Assembly (NCBI GenBank): GCA_937886445.1
Contig: CALGBY010000063.1
Coordinates: 5,267-69,266 of the forward strand
Length of the DNA: 64,000 bases
Direction: 5' to 3'
Origin: an uncultured Clostridia bacterium
Lineage (GTDB): Bacteria > Bacillota > Clostridia > Christensenellales > Aristaeellaceae
Shown here one piece after another: positions 55,901-64,000 of the stretch. The position numbers and the translations under genes are program-made. The notes under the pieces are model-generated. The model did not search any database and was not told the DNA's origin. It saw nothing but the letters and a program-made list of their open reading frames with translations. The stretch's first letter is position 1; every line of letters begins with the position of its first letter.

Positions 55901-55985
55901 CGGAATTGCTGATAAGTATGATCCCCACGACAATCACAGCAACTGCTGCCACAAAGATAATGATGTTGCGAAGTCTTCTTGACAT
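52953..55985 (-). CDS. membrane-anchored giant solute-binding protein: TM + two CBM-like beta-sandwich modules + helical region + SBP domain
   Basis: ATG at 55985 (AGGAG at 8 nt) gives MSRRLRNIIIFVAAVAVIVVGIIL. There are two similar modules (WRITVPEAAFYNIEIGYY...INGELPF and WEFEVPNDGFYSITVKGR...IDGEVPF). The C-terminal ~420 aa are SBP-like (YGLPETLNYNVLFYRTD, GNNYTVAIP). Confidence 0.8.
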   Translation of the reverse strand: MSRRLRNIIIFVAAVAVIVVGIILISNSGAADYSAKYSGTDLSITADEESIGRHDQYDDYLVMHSDAVNYQGERIEADISAFTVEDAGVSSEILGNTVETGAVGEQGIPVYSDKESAETVTVNEGVFTGNESAVTWRITVPEAAFYNIEIGYYTVPDRGVDIEREVRINGELPFFGASTLRFSRIWTDGGEIGKDTQGNEIRPSQKEIFGEKQYSYLRDDKGYQTDPYCFYLNAGENTITLVGVNEPMIVTSVSACPVLTYITYEGYQETNAGRESSSEGVSVVVEGESSRRRSEPSLYARYDRSSSETSPSSTTHTVLNYIGGTAWTNPGEWIEWEFEVPNDGFYSITVKGRQLYQRGALSCRTVYIDGEVPFDALGSVAFGYSTVWEMKTLSDAEGVPYRFYLTAGKHTIRMEVTLGDMGSIIKRINNSISRLNDIYRQMLVVTGVNPDRFRDYTLYQQFPELKSSMSRESKRLYQIVDDAVKTTGQKSDRVAVAQTLAVQLEEFVGNEDRLIESFTNFKDNITSLGTAMQNMAESKLDIDLIMITGDDVTVPANNEGFFNKAAHEINSCVSSYFVDYNSLGNKYEEDDPNVIEIWIVTGRDQSTALKTMIDESFTPMTEKNGKRIGVNLKLVAADAILTAVVAGNGPDIVLSVDGWFAVNYAMRNAVEDLTQFEDFAEVTKPFYYNENNPTYSSSLSTLTWDDGERKGVYGLPETLNYNVLFYRTDMLEEMGLTVPQTWDELIAMLPTIQGNNYTVAIPFPDIALADISIFNTMVFQNGGEIYADGAKKTRLDEEAGVAAFKTYTSLYNDYGLPTIFDFVSRFRSGEMPIGIASYSTFNTLMISAPEIRGLWDFTLLPGTLREDGTIDRTVQSNGLCCMMIATDDENVKSNAWEFMKWWVSADTQAEFGREMESILGASARYQTANKEALRMLAWSNDQLKVLTGQMKYTKGFPEIAGGYSTTRHITNAIRKVINEKTDPRETLLNYTRTINEEIKVKRREFNLPLE

Positions 55986-56215
55986 GAGTCCATCTCCTGC
56001 CATACTGCCCAAGCAGCGATAATACACTGTAACGTACGAAACATATCGTCGGTTTGTTACATACGCACAAATTTCACATATTTTATTATATAATTCTACA
56101 AACATTTGTCAATCTTTCAATCATTACAACTTTGTTACAAACATGATTTGAAAACTTAATATTTTTTCAAATACCGCCGTGTATAATAGAATTTATCACA
56201 GATCCGGAGGATTTT

Positions 56216-57760
56216 ATGAGGAAGAAAACGCTTTTTCTTACATTCGCGATGATGCTGATGCTTATCACCCACAATTGCATTTTTTCTGCATCAGCCGAAG
56301 AGAGCAAGGCTTGCGAAAGCAGAACCGTGTTTTCCGTACACGGTTCCTGTATGATTCGCGGCGAAGCGGCTCCCGGTCCCGATTTTGTTTACTACAGCGG
56401 TTTCGCATCGGACGACGGCTATGTGTCCCTTTCCCCTTCCCTTTTTGAGGCTGTAAACGGGAACACAGTTGATCTGTCCTTCAGCGTCTATCAGGATACA
56501 GGAAGGGATATCTGCCTCAAATTGTTCTGGAGCAATCCGAAACATACCGTAGTATCCGAATACAGCATCCCTTCAGGCGCAAAAACCTGCATATCAGTTG
56601 AAGCTGCCTTCAACTACGGAAGAAGCCTTTGCATTACTTCGGATGATATTTTTCCCGAAGAGATCATCGCTTTCGGTGATATTACCGGAAGGATCCTTTC
56701 CTATGATGATAAAGCACTTGCTTACGAAAAGTATCCGCTTGATATTCCTTCTCTGAAGGAGCTTTGCGGCAGTTTCTTCACCTTTGGCGGAGCGATCTCC
56801 GCATCGGAAACCAAAGACGCGAAAAGGATGGCCTTCTATGCATCACAATTTTCCATCCTCACTCCCGGTAATGAGCTGAAGCCGGACGCGGTATTCGACA
56901 GGACAAAAAGCCGTAAGCTGGTCGAAGAGAGCGGTGATGAACGGCTGTTGGCGGTCAGGATCAATTCCGCCGTTCCTATCCTGAATTTCTGCCGGGATAA
57001 CGGGATAAGCGTACATGGTCATACACTGTTGTGGCACAATCAGACCCCTGAGGATTTTTTCCACCTCGGTTATGATCCTTCCAAGCCTCTTGCCGACAGA
57101 GAAATCATGCTTGCCAGAATGGAAAATTATATTAAGTCTGTGCTTGAATTGACCGAAGAATCATACCCGGGGCTAATCGTCAGCTGGGATGTTGTAAACG
57201 AGGCGATCGATGACGGGACAGGTTCACTCAGAACCAAAGTAAACTGGTACAAAACAGTCGGTCCCGATTATGTTGAAAAAGCGTTTGAATACGCAAGAAA
57301 ATACGCCCGTCCCGATATTCTCCTCTGCTACAACGATTACAATACCGTGACCGGCCGTAAACTGAACGGGATCCTTTCTCTTCTTGAAACGCTTACCGCT
57401 CAGGGTAACATCGACTGTTACGGTTTCCAGTCCCATTATGACTGCTACAGTCCCGGAGCTGCCATGGTGGAAAAGGCGTTCATAAAGATGATCGATATGG
57501 GTCTGAAGATCAGGATCAGCGAGCTGGATGTGAAAATGAACGGAAAAACCGATACGAATATCAAGATGCAGGCAAAAAAATACAGTGAAATGTTTTCACT
57601 GTATAAAAAGTACGGCGCCGATATCGCGGCTGTACAGATCTGGGGCTGTACCGATGATACAAGTTGGCTGCTCGGTAAATATCCGCTTCCCTTTGCCGCC
57701 TACGGCCAGCCCAAACCCGCCTATTTCGCAATCCAAGATGCACTGAATGCAGACAACTGA
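56216..57760 (+). CDS. GH10 endo-1,4-beta-xylanase with N-terminal signal peptide and ~170-aa accessory (CBM-like) module
   Basis: GH10 motifs TPGNELKPD, HGHTLLWHNQTP, WDVVNEAI (acid/base Glu), YNDYN, GFQSHY and ISELDV (nucleophile Glu). Confidence 0.9.
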   Translation: MRKKTLFLTFAMMLMLITHNCIFSASAEESKACESRTVFSVHGSCMIRGEAAPGPDFVYYSGFASDDGYVSLSPSLFEAVNGNTVDLSFSVYQDTGRDICLKLFWSNPKHTVVSEYSIPSGAKTCISVEAAFNYGRSLCITSDDIFPEEIIAFGDITGRILSYDDKALAYEKYPLDIPSLKELCGSFFTFGGAISASETKDAKRMAFYASQFSILTPGNELKPDAVFDRTKSRKLVEESGDERLLAVRINSAVPILNFCRDNGISVHGHTLLWHNQTPEDFFHLGYDPSKPLADREIMLARMENYIKSVLELTEESYPGLIVSWDVVNEAIDDGTGSLRTKVNWYKTVGPDYVEKAFEYARKYARPDILLCYNDYNTVTGRKLNGILSLLETLTAQGNIDCYGFQSHYDCYSPGAAMVEKAFIKMIDMGLKIRISELDVKMNGKTDTNIKMQAKKYSEMFSLYKKYGADIAAVQIWGCTDDTSWLLGKYPLPFAAYGQPKPAYFAIQDALNADN

Positions 57761-57824
57761 CATTCTGCTCACGCCTTGTTACGATCGCAAGAGCTCTGCT
57801 CTACCGGGCATTTCACAAAATATA

Positions 57825-59840
57825 CTATTTTTTCGAAAATACGATCGCGGTTCTGCACGGAATATAGATCCTGAAACCGGTCTCACCATTCGGCCCGCGC
57901 TCCGTTACATACTGATATTCCATGTTTACTCTGTCAAGCCCGGCAAAATCAAGACTGTCGCTTGAAAACACCGGGGTGTATTTTCCTTCTCCCGTTGTAT
58001 GCACCGGTACAAAGAAGCTTTCAAACGACTCTGATGTATTGAAATTGAAAACATATACCAGGCCGCCCTTTGAAAAAGCAAACACCTTCTTCTTTTGATC
58101 GATCCAAAGGCTTACCGTGTCTGATTTTTCCAGAACACGGTATTTTTTTGCAAATTTCAGCATCGCTTTATCAAAATTATTCAGCCATTCATATTTCAGC
58201 ATGCCATTATCGGCAAGTGACCACTGTCTTCTTGCGTATTGATAGCTCCATCCGTTTCCCTCACGCGGAAAATCGATCCATTCGGGATGGCCGAATTCAT
58301 TGCCCATGAAGTTCAGATATGCATCACCGCCGAGAACAAGCGTGGAAAAACGGATCAGCTTATGAAGGTCGACCGCGCGGTCCATCGTGAGTGAGTGATA
58401 TTCCTTGTTCATTCCTGTATACATTTCCGCGTCCGCCATACGGAACATGATCGTTTTGTCCCCTACGAGGGCCTGATCATGGCTTTCGGCATAAGCGACC
58501 GCTTTTTCCTGCGGGCGTCTTGTCGTCAGCTCGTACCACAGCTTGAACATATCCCATTCTTCATCCCGGTACTCCTTTAAAAGACGGATCCAATAATCCG
58601 GAAGTCCCATAGACAGTCTGTAATCAAAACCGATCCCGCCTTTTCTGACGGGAATACACATTCCGGGCATGCCGCTCACTTCTTCCGATACCGTCATCGC
58701 GTTTTTCCGCACAGAATGGATCAGTTCATTGGCAAGCTGCAGGTAAACAAGGGCGTCAATATCCGTATTCATGGAAAAATACTGGCTGTAGTCGCAAAAC
58801 GCCACTCCGAGGCCGTGGTTCTTATAGATCATTGAGGTTACTCCGTCAAATCGGAAACCGTCAAAATGATATTCCTGCATCCAGAATTTGATATTTGACA
58901 GCAAAAAGTGCAGCACCTCATCCTTGGAGTAATCAAATAGACGGGTGCCCCAGGCCGGGTGCCAGCCCTGATAACCCGAAAGGAAATACTGGTTGTCGGT
59001 TCCGTCCTGCATGTTGAGACCTTCACCGGTATTTGCACAGGCATGGGAATGCACCAGATCCAGAAGAACATTCAAGCCCATCCCGTGCGCTTTGTTGATC
59101 AGGTATTTCAGATCCTCAGGCTCTCCGTATCTTGATGACGCTGCAAAGAAATTGGTCACCTGATAACCGAAGGATGCATAATACGGATGTTCCTGGATCG
59201 CCATCAGCTGAACGGTATTATATCCGAGCTCCCTGATACGGTCCAGATTCTTATCGGCAAACTCACGGTAACTGCCAATTCCTTCTTTCTCCTGCGCCAT
59301 ACCGATGTGTGCTTCATATATTAACGGTGCCGCGATTTTTTTCACGATCCTCTCTGCGTCTGTCCATTCAAATTCCTTATCCGGCATCCAGATCTGCCCG
59401 CAGAGCATATGGGTCTTCTCATCAGGCACTGTTCTTCTGATATAGGCCGGTATTCTTTCAAAGCTGTCGCCATTCTTTTTAACCCACAGCTTCACAAACT
59501 GACCGTGATGAAGAGCGTCAGCCCCGGGAAAACGGATCTCCCACACCCCGTTATCAAGCCTGTGCAAGGGGGCCGATTCTCTGTCCCAGCCATTGAAATC
59601 ACCGATCAAATGAACATCGTCCGCTCCGGGCAGCCATTCCCTGAACACCCATCCGTCCGCTTCTTTGTGAAATCCGAAATAAAGGAAGCCGTTTGCAAAG
59701 TCGGAAACAGTCCCTTTGTTTGACAGCAGCCTGTTTTTTACCTCAGAATACCTGCTCATCCTGAGATGAATATCATTCTTATACGGGGCAAGCCACGGAT
59801 CGATGTCGATAATCTCGTAATCCTTCGTTCTGCTCATCAT
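57825..59840 (-). CDS. glgB: 1,4-alpha-glucan branching enzyme (GH13)
   Basis: REWLPGADDVHLIGDFNGW, LLDLVHSH, GFRFDGVTSM, SEEVSGMP and AESHDQ are GH13 regions I-IV. Confidence 0.9.
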   Translation of the reverse strand: MMSRTKDYEIIDIDPWLAPYKNDIHLRMSRYSEVKNRLLSNKGTVSDFANGFLYFGFHKEADGWVFREWLPGADDVHLIGDFNGWDRESAPLHRLDNGVWEIRFPGADALHHGQFVKLWVKKNGDSFERIPAYIRRTVPDEKTHMLCGQIWMPDKEFEWTDAERIVKKIAAPLIYEAHIGMAQEKEGIGSYREFADKNLDRIRELGYNTVQLMAIQEHPYYASFGYQVTNFFAASSRYGEPEDLKYLINKAHGMGLNVLLDLVHSHACANTGEGLNMQDGTDNQYFLSGYQGWHPAWGTRLFDYSKDEVLHFLLSNIKFWMQEYHFDGFRFDGVTSMIYKNHGLGVAFCDYSQYFSMNTDIDALVYLQLANELIHSVRKNAMTVSEEVSGMPGMCIPVRKGGIGFDYRLSMGLPDYWIRLLKEYRDEEWDMFKLWYELTTRRPQEKAVAYAESHDQALVGDKTIMFRMADAEMYTGMNKEYHSLTMDRAVDLHKLIRFSTLVLGGDAYLNFMGNEFGHPEWIDFPREGNGWSYQYARRQWSLADNGMLKYEWLNNFDKAMLKFAKKYRVLEKSDTVSLWIDQKKKVFAFSKGGLVYVFNFNTSESFESFFVPVHTTGEGKYTPVFSSDSLDFAGLDRVNMEYQYVTERGPNGETGFRIYIPCRTAIVFSKK

Positions 59841-59917
59841 TTTTTCCTCCGTTTATTTGGTGACATCCGTTCAGGATATACAGTAAACGGGCCGGAACAG
59901 ATCCGGTCCGTATGATT

Positions 59918-61372
59918 TTACGATTTTTTCCAAAGCAAAGGCGATACCAGTACAAGCAGCGGGAAAAACTCCAGCCTGCCCGCAAGCATGATGATGGAGA
60001 AAAGCAATTTTATCGGCTGCGAAAACCCGGCGAAATTCCCTACAGGGCCGACTACGCTGCCCATACCGGGTCCGACATTTGAAAGGCATGTCAATGTGGC
60101 GGTAAAGGAAGTGGTAACGCTGTTTCCTTCTACGGGATCAAGCGATACGATAACGCTTCCGACAAGGAGGATGATCACATATACCGCAAGATATACGCCC
60201 AATGAAGCAATCGTCTGCTCCTGAACGCTTTTCCCTTCCATACGGATCACAGAAACTTTTCTGGGAGAGATCATATGCCTTACTTCGCGAACACCGGCCT
60301 TGAACAGCATGATCACACGGCTCAGCTTCAATCCGCCGGCAGTGCTTCCGGCGCAGGCGCCGAACACCGTAAGGGCAACCAGCAATACTCTTGAATACAG
60401 CGGCCAAAGGCCATAGTCGCCAGTATTGAAACCTGTAGTCGACATGACGGTATTAATCTGGAAAAAGGCCTGTCTCACGGATGTACCGAGATCACCCTGA
60501 TAGTAAGGCATGATATTCAGTGTAATAGTGGCAGTGCCTGCAAGGATGATACCGAAGTAAACCCAAAGCTCCTCATTACGGGCGATCCCGGAATACTCTT
60601 TTCTGAGCAGATGGAAATAGATGGCGAAGTTGATACCGAACAGCATCATAAAGATCGCAATGATCCATTGTATGAGCGGGCTGTATGCGGCTATGCTCGC
60701 GTTTTTGCAGGAAAATCCGCCTGTGCCTGCCGTAGAAACGGCATGGAGCAGCGCGTCATATACCGGCATCCCGGCAGCCATTAAAGCGATAAATTCAAGA
60801 AGCGTCAGCGCCCCGTAGATCATATACAGGATTTTCGCAGTATCGCCCATTTTCGGAGCGAGTTTCGAAAAAACCGGTCCCGGCGTCTCGGCCTTCGCAA
60901 GCAGAGAGGTCCTTCCCGTTACCTTGGGAAGGATCGCAAGCGTCAGTACAAGCACGCCCATACCGCCGATCCAGTGTGTAAACGCACGCCAGAACAGTAT
61001 TCCCTTCGGAAGACTTTCAACCTCGGTAAGGATCGTTGCACCGGTAGTGGTAAAACCGCTGGCCGCTTCAAAATAGGCGTCGATCACATTCGGGATCGAG
61101 CCGGATATAACAAACGGAAGGCAGCCGAAAAATGAAAGCAGTATCCAGCTGAGCCCGGCAACAGCCAGCCCGTCCTTGGCGTTCAGATTATGGATATCGG
61201 GTTTTACAAGCAGCCACACGGGCCCCCCCACCGCAAGCATGATCAGCATGGTATAGATATAGGGGGTGACTGCTTCCTTATAGATGATCGCCACGATCAT
61301 TGAAGGGATAAGCAGCAATGCTTCCAAAGCGATAAAACCGCCAAGCAGTTTTAATACAAGTCGTCTGTTCAT
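59918..61372 (-). CDS. trkH: TrkH/KtrB-family potassium uptake protein
   Basis: A 484-aa polytopic protein with repeated selectivity-filter-like TTTG/TAGTGG/STTGF motifs. Confidence 0.9.
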   Translation of the reverse strand: MNRRLVLKLLGGFIALEALLLIPSMIVAIIYKEAVTPYIYTMLIMLAVGGPVWLLVKPDIHNLNAKDGLAVAGLSWILLSFFGCLPFVISGSIPNVIDAYFEAASGFTTTGATILTEVESLPKGILFWRAFTHWIGGMGVLVLTLAILPKVTGRTSLLAKAETPGPVFSKLAPKMGDTAKILYMIYGALTLLEFIALMAAGMPVYDALLHAVSTAGTGGFSCKNASIAAYSPLIQWIIAIFMMLFGINFAIYFHLLRKEYSGIARNEELWVYFGIILAGTATITLNIMPYYQGDLGTSVRQAFFQINTVMSTTGFNTGDYGLWPLYSRVLLVALTVFGACAGSTAGGLKLSRVIMLFKAGVREVRHMISPRKVSVIRMEGKSVQEQTIASLGVYLAVYVIILLVGSVIVSLDPVEGNSVTTSFTATLTCLSNVGPGMGSVVGPVGNFAGFSQPIKLLFSIIMLAGRLEFFPLLVLVSPLLWKKS

Positions 61373-61373
61373 A

Positions 61374-62744
61374 TTACTTTCTCACACCGAGTATTTGTTT
61401 CAGTGAATGGATACGCTCCGCCTTACTGATCACGATCACGGTATCACCCGGCTCAATCTTATCGTTACCGAAGGGGATCATGATATTGTTGTCGCGTACG
61501 ATCACGCCCACAAGGCAATCAGGCGCGACCTCCAGATCCTTGAGCGGGATATCGATATAATCATCATTTCTGTCCGCGATAAACTCAAGGGCTTCCGCCT
61601 TTCCGTTCATCAGTCTGTACATCAGCCGGATGCAGTCATCCGAACGGCTGATACGCGCCCTTACAGAACGCATAATAGTGTCGCAGGTGATCGACAGCGG
61701 GCTGACAACGCTTGACAGACCTACCTTGCCGATGATTCCCGAATAATTATACCGGTCGTTCTTGATGATCACCTTTTTCACACCGTTCTGAACGGCAAAC
61801 AGGCCGCACAGAAGGTTATCTTCATCTCTTCCGGAAAGCGTGATCAATGCATCCGTTTCCTGGATCCCCTCGCTCAGCAGCAGTTCCTGATCCATTCCGT
61901 CGCCGTGGATGATCTCCGCCTTGGGAAGCTCCTCGCTCAGATACCTCGCTTTATCCTCGTCCATTTCAATGATGGAAACCGCGATATTCATGTCGAGAAG
62001 CATTCTTGCAAGATAGAACGCTATCCGGCTCCCGCCCATCACCATAACTTTTTTAATATGCACATAATCTTTTCCGAGTGCTTTAAAGAAGGCCGTTATA
62101 GACGCGACATCAGCCATTACATGCACCTGATCTCCGGGCAGGATCACAAAATCGCCCTTCGGTATGATCGCCTCTTCACCGCGTTCTATCGCGCAGAAGA
62201 GCACCCGCGGAAGGTTTTTATTTATGCGGTACATGTCCTTAAGCGGAATATTTACGACCGGATCATCCTCACCAGCCTTAAAATCCATCATTTCTACACG
62301 GCCGCGGGCAAAGGTCTCAATGTTGTCGGCATACGGATATCTCAATATCCTGCTGATCTCGCGGGCTGTCGCACGCTCCGGATTGATCACAGAATCGATC
62401 GCCAGTTCCTTCTGCAGAAAAGGCAGGCTTCCGAGATACTGCGGGTCTCTGATACGCGCGATCGTATACTGTGCTCCGAGCCTTTTCGCGGTCAGGCAGG
62501 CAAGCATATTGGTCTCATCGCTCGCCGTTGTGGAGATGACAACATCGGCGCGCCTTGCTTCCGCTTCCGAAAGGGTTTCAAGGCTGACGCCGTTTCCGCG
62601 GATGAACAGAGCGTCCATCCTGTCCTCATTTCTGCTCAGAACATCCTGACTGGTATCTACCACAACGACATCATGCTTTTCGGCGATCAGCCGTTCCGAA
62701 AGCGCGATTCCCAGTTTTCCTTCACCGATAATTATGATTCTCAT
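61374..62744 (-). CDS. trkA: Trk system NAD-binding regulatory protein
   Basis: Two Rossmann motifs (IIIIGEGKLG, VMVMGGSRIA), each followed by a TrkA-C-like segment. Abuts trkH. Confidence 0.9.
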   Translation of the reverse strand: MRIIIIGEGKLGIALSERLIAEKHDVVVVDTSQDVLSRNEDRMDALFIRGNGVSLETLSEAEARRADVVISTTASDETNMLACLTAKRLGAQYTIARIRDPQYLGSLPFLQKELAIDSVINPERATAREISRILRYPYADNIETFARGRVEMMDFKAGEDDPVVNIPLKDMYRINKNLPRVLFCAIERGEEAIIPKGDFVILPGDQVHVMADVASITAFFKALGKDYVHIKKVMVMGGSRIAFYLARMLLDMNIAVSIIEMDEDKARYLSEELPKAEIIHGDGMDQELLLSEGIQETDALITLSGRDEDNLLCGLFAVQNGVKKVIIKNDRYNYSGIIGKVGLSSVVSPLSITCDTIMRSVRARISRSDDCIRLMYRLMNGKAEALEFIADRNDDYIDIPLKDLEVAPDCLVGVIVRDNNIMIPFGNDKIEPGDTVIVISKAERIHSLKQILGVRK

Positions 62745-62762
62745 ATCTGTTTCCTCTGAGAG

Positions 62763-63629
62763 TTATCTGAATATTCTTAAGCCGGAATGGATCAGTTCGA
62801 TCTCTACCTTATCCATTGAAACGATCTCACCGTCAATGTTCACTCTCATACCCGGGGCGGATACGCTTACTTTTCGCGCACGCAGGTAGCTGGTTTCCTT
62901 GAATGTAAGTACCTTACCCATAAGCAGCTTTACAAGATAAAGCGGCATCTTGTATTTTTTGACGCTTTTGATGATCACGATATCGAAATAGCCGTCATCG
63001 ATCTCAGCCTTCGGACACATCGGTATGCCTCCGCCGATAATGCCACCGTTACCTGCGGCAAATACGAGCAGATCATCCGTGATCTCGTTTCCGTCTTCAA
63101 TAGTATAGGTCATTTTTATGCTTTTGAAATGTATGATCGTACGTATAACGCCCCACAGGTAAGGAAGCAGACCGTTCATGTGCTGCTTTGCTTTCTCTGC
63201 GTTATCCAGTACCATCACATCAAAGCCGGTCCCGCATTCATTGATAAACGCACGACCGTTAATGAAGCCTATATCCGTACTTTTGCTTTCGCCGTTCAGG
63301 ATCAGGTTCAGTGCTTCTGCCGTGTCCTTCGGGATCTTTGCGGTTTTGATGAAGTCATTACCCGTTCCCGCGGCAATGATGCCCAATGCGATGCCGCTTC
63401 CGCTCATGCCGCGAACAACTTCACTGATTGTTCCGTCCCCGCCGATCGCGATGACCGCATCCGGTTTTTCCCCGGCCGCTTTCTGCGCAAGTTCAGCCGC
63501 ATGCCCGGCGTATTCAGTACACATCGATACATAAGGCATTTGTTTTTCTCTCAGCGAAGCAAATACCTTTTCAGCAGCCTTCTTGCCGTTTCCGTTTCCG
63601 GATGTCGGGTTGTAGATGATGTAGTACAT
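62763..63629 (-). CDS. diacylglycerol/lipid kinase family protein (YegS/BmrU-like)
   Basis: NPTSGNG, AIGGDGTISEV and GTGNDF motifs. Confidence 0.85.
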   Translation of the reverse strand: MYYIIYNPTSGNGNGKKAAEKVFASLREKQMPYVSMCTEYAGHAAELAQKAAGEKPDAVIAIGGDGTISEVVRGMSGSGIALGIIAAGTGNDFIKTAKIPKDTAEALNLILNGESKSTDIGFINGRAFINECGTGFDVMVLDNAEKAKQHMNGLLPYLWGVIRTIIHFKSIKMTYTIEDGNEITDDLLVFAAGNGGIIGGGIPMCPKAEIDDGYFDIVIIKSVKKYKMPLYLVKLLMGKVLTFKETSYLRARKVSVSAPGMRVNIDGEIVSMDKVEIELIHSGLRIFR

Positions 63630-63671
63630 ACCTTGCCTCCATTTTTTGTTTATCGGAAACGAAGGTTTCTG

Positions 63672-64000
63672 TCAGTCTTCTTTCATTGTGACAGCCAGCT
63701 CCCAGGCGGCTTTCAGCTGGGTATCGGTAAGATCGCCCAGTTCAAAATACTCATTGATCTGATCCTCAGGCTGTTCAACTACCAGATCGGGAGTGATACC
63801 GATTTTGTGAACGGCTTTGCCGGTGGAGGTGAAATACTGCGCACAGGTAAACTGGAAGCCGTCACCGTCTTCCCCGCTCAGCGGGATCACATACTGCATG
63901 ATTCCTTTTCCGTAGCTCTGTGTTCCTACGATCTTCGCGCGTCCGAGGTCCTGCAGACCGCCGGCCAGGATCTCGCTGGAGGAGGCGCTGTTTCCGTTGA
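63672..64000 (-). CDS. S41 C-terminal processing peptidase, 5' part outside window
   Basis: The frame stays open to the window end. My own translation reads ...NGNSASSSEILAGGLQDLGRAKIVGTQSYGKGIMQYVIPL..., which holds the catalytic Ser and TxGKG Lys regions of S41. Confidence 0.8.
   Translation of the reverse strand, partial: NGNSASSSEILAGGLQDLGRAKIVGTQSYGKGIMQYVIPLSGEDGDGFQFTCAQYFTSTGKAVHKIGITPDLVVEQPEDQINEYFELGDLTDTQLKAAWELAVTMKED

Noticed and set aside
61905-62759. 284-aa plus-strand ORF opposite trkA, and similar antisense ORFs at 9309-10100, 44119-44832, 48428-49150, 50696-51505 and 53082-53888
   Set aside because: All are antisense to genes with clear family motifs and lack start-site signals. 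This is the same stop-depleted antisense-frame phenomenon.

Overview
This 64 kb chromosomal window looks like a Firmicutes/Clostridia-type gut anaerobe, judging from gene content and Shine-Dalgarno usage. About two thirds is ordinary core genome. Core genes: trmB (partial), rnhA, a xer-like recombinase with lexA, rnpB, the Zn-ribbon/nif3/trmK/sigA/dnaG operon, parB-parA divergent from dnaA, hprK-glcK-asnS, a heterodimeric ABC exporter, a MATE pump, glgB, trkH-trkA, a lipid kinase and a partial ctpA. Carbohydrate genes include GH95, GH10 and ABC importers. Four regions stand out. (1) An orphan Zorya-like pair at 17.0-19.5 kb: a MotA/ExbB-family protein with a roughly 330-aa helical tail, translationally coupled to a MotB/OmpA protein, with no flagellar, Tol/Ton or ZorC/D/E partner. 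(2) A 5.4 kb islet between convergent tRNA-Ala and tRNA-Arg genes. It carries a single-polypeptide PLD nuclease + SF2 helicase + DUF3427-like protein, a truncated kinase-like gene and a small HhH-like protein. (3) A nine-gene minus-strand cluster at 42.3-56.0 kb with two ATPase-less ABC importers wrapped around DUF5696-like, YIP1-like and NHL-propeller membrane proteins. It includes a permease with an extra N-terminal domain and a roughly 1000-aa membrane-anchored binding protein. (4) A 1157-aa wall-binding protein with 10 SH3b repeats, 2 PG-binding domains and an unassigned C-terminal domain carrying a YkuD-like HG...C motif. At the nucleotide level I also see a dispersed 65-72 bp intergenic repeat family with a tandem array, and interlocked perfect palindromes upstream of the recombinase-lexA pair. 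There is also an atypical dnaA neighbourhood: no dnaN and no clear DnaA boxes. All family assignments come from motif reading of the translations, without database searches. The DUF names in particular are recollections and need HMM confirmation.
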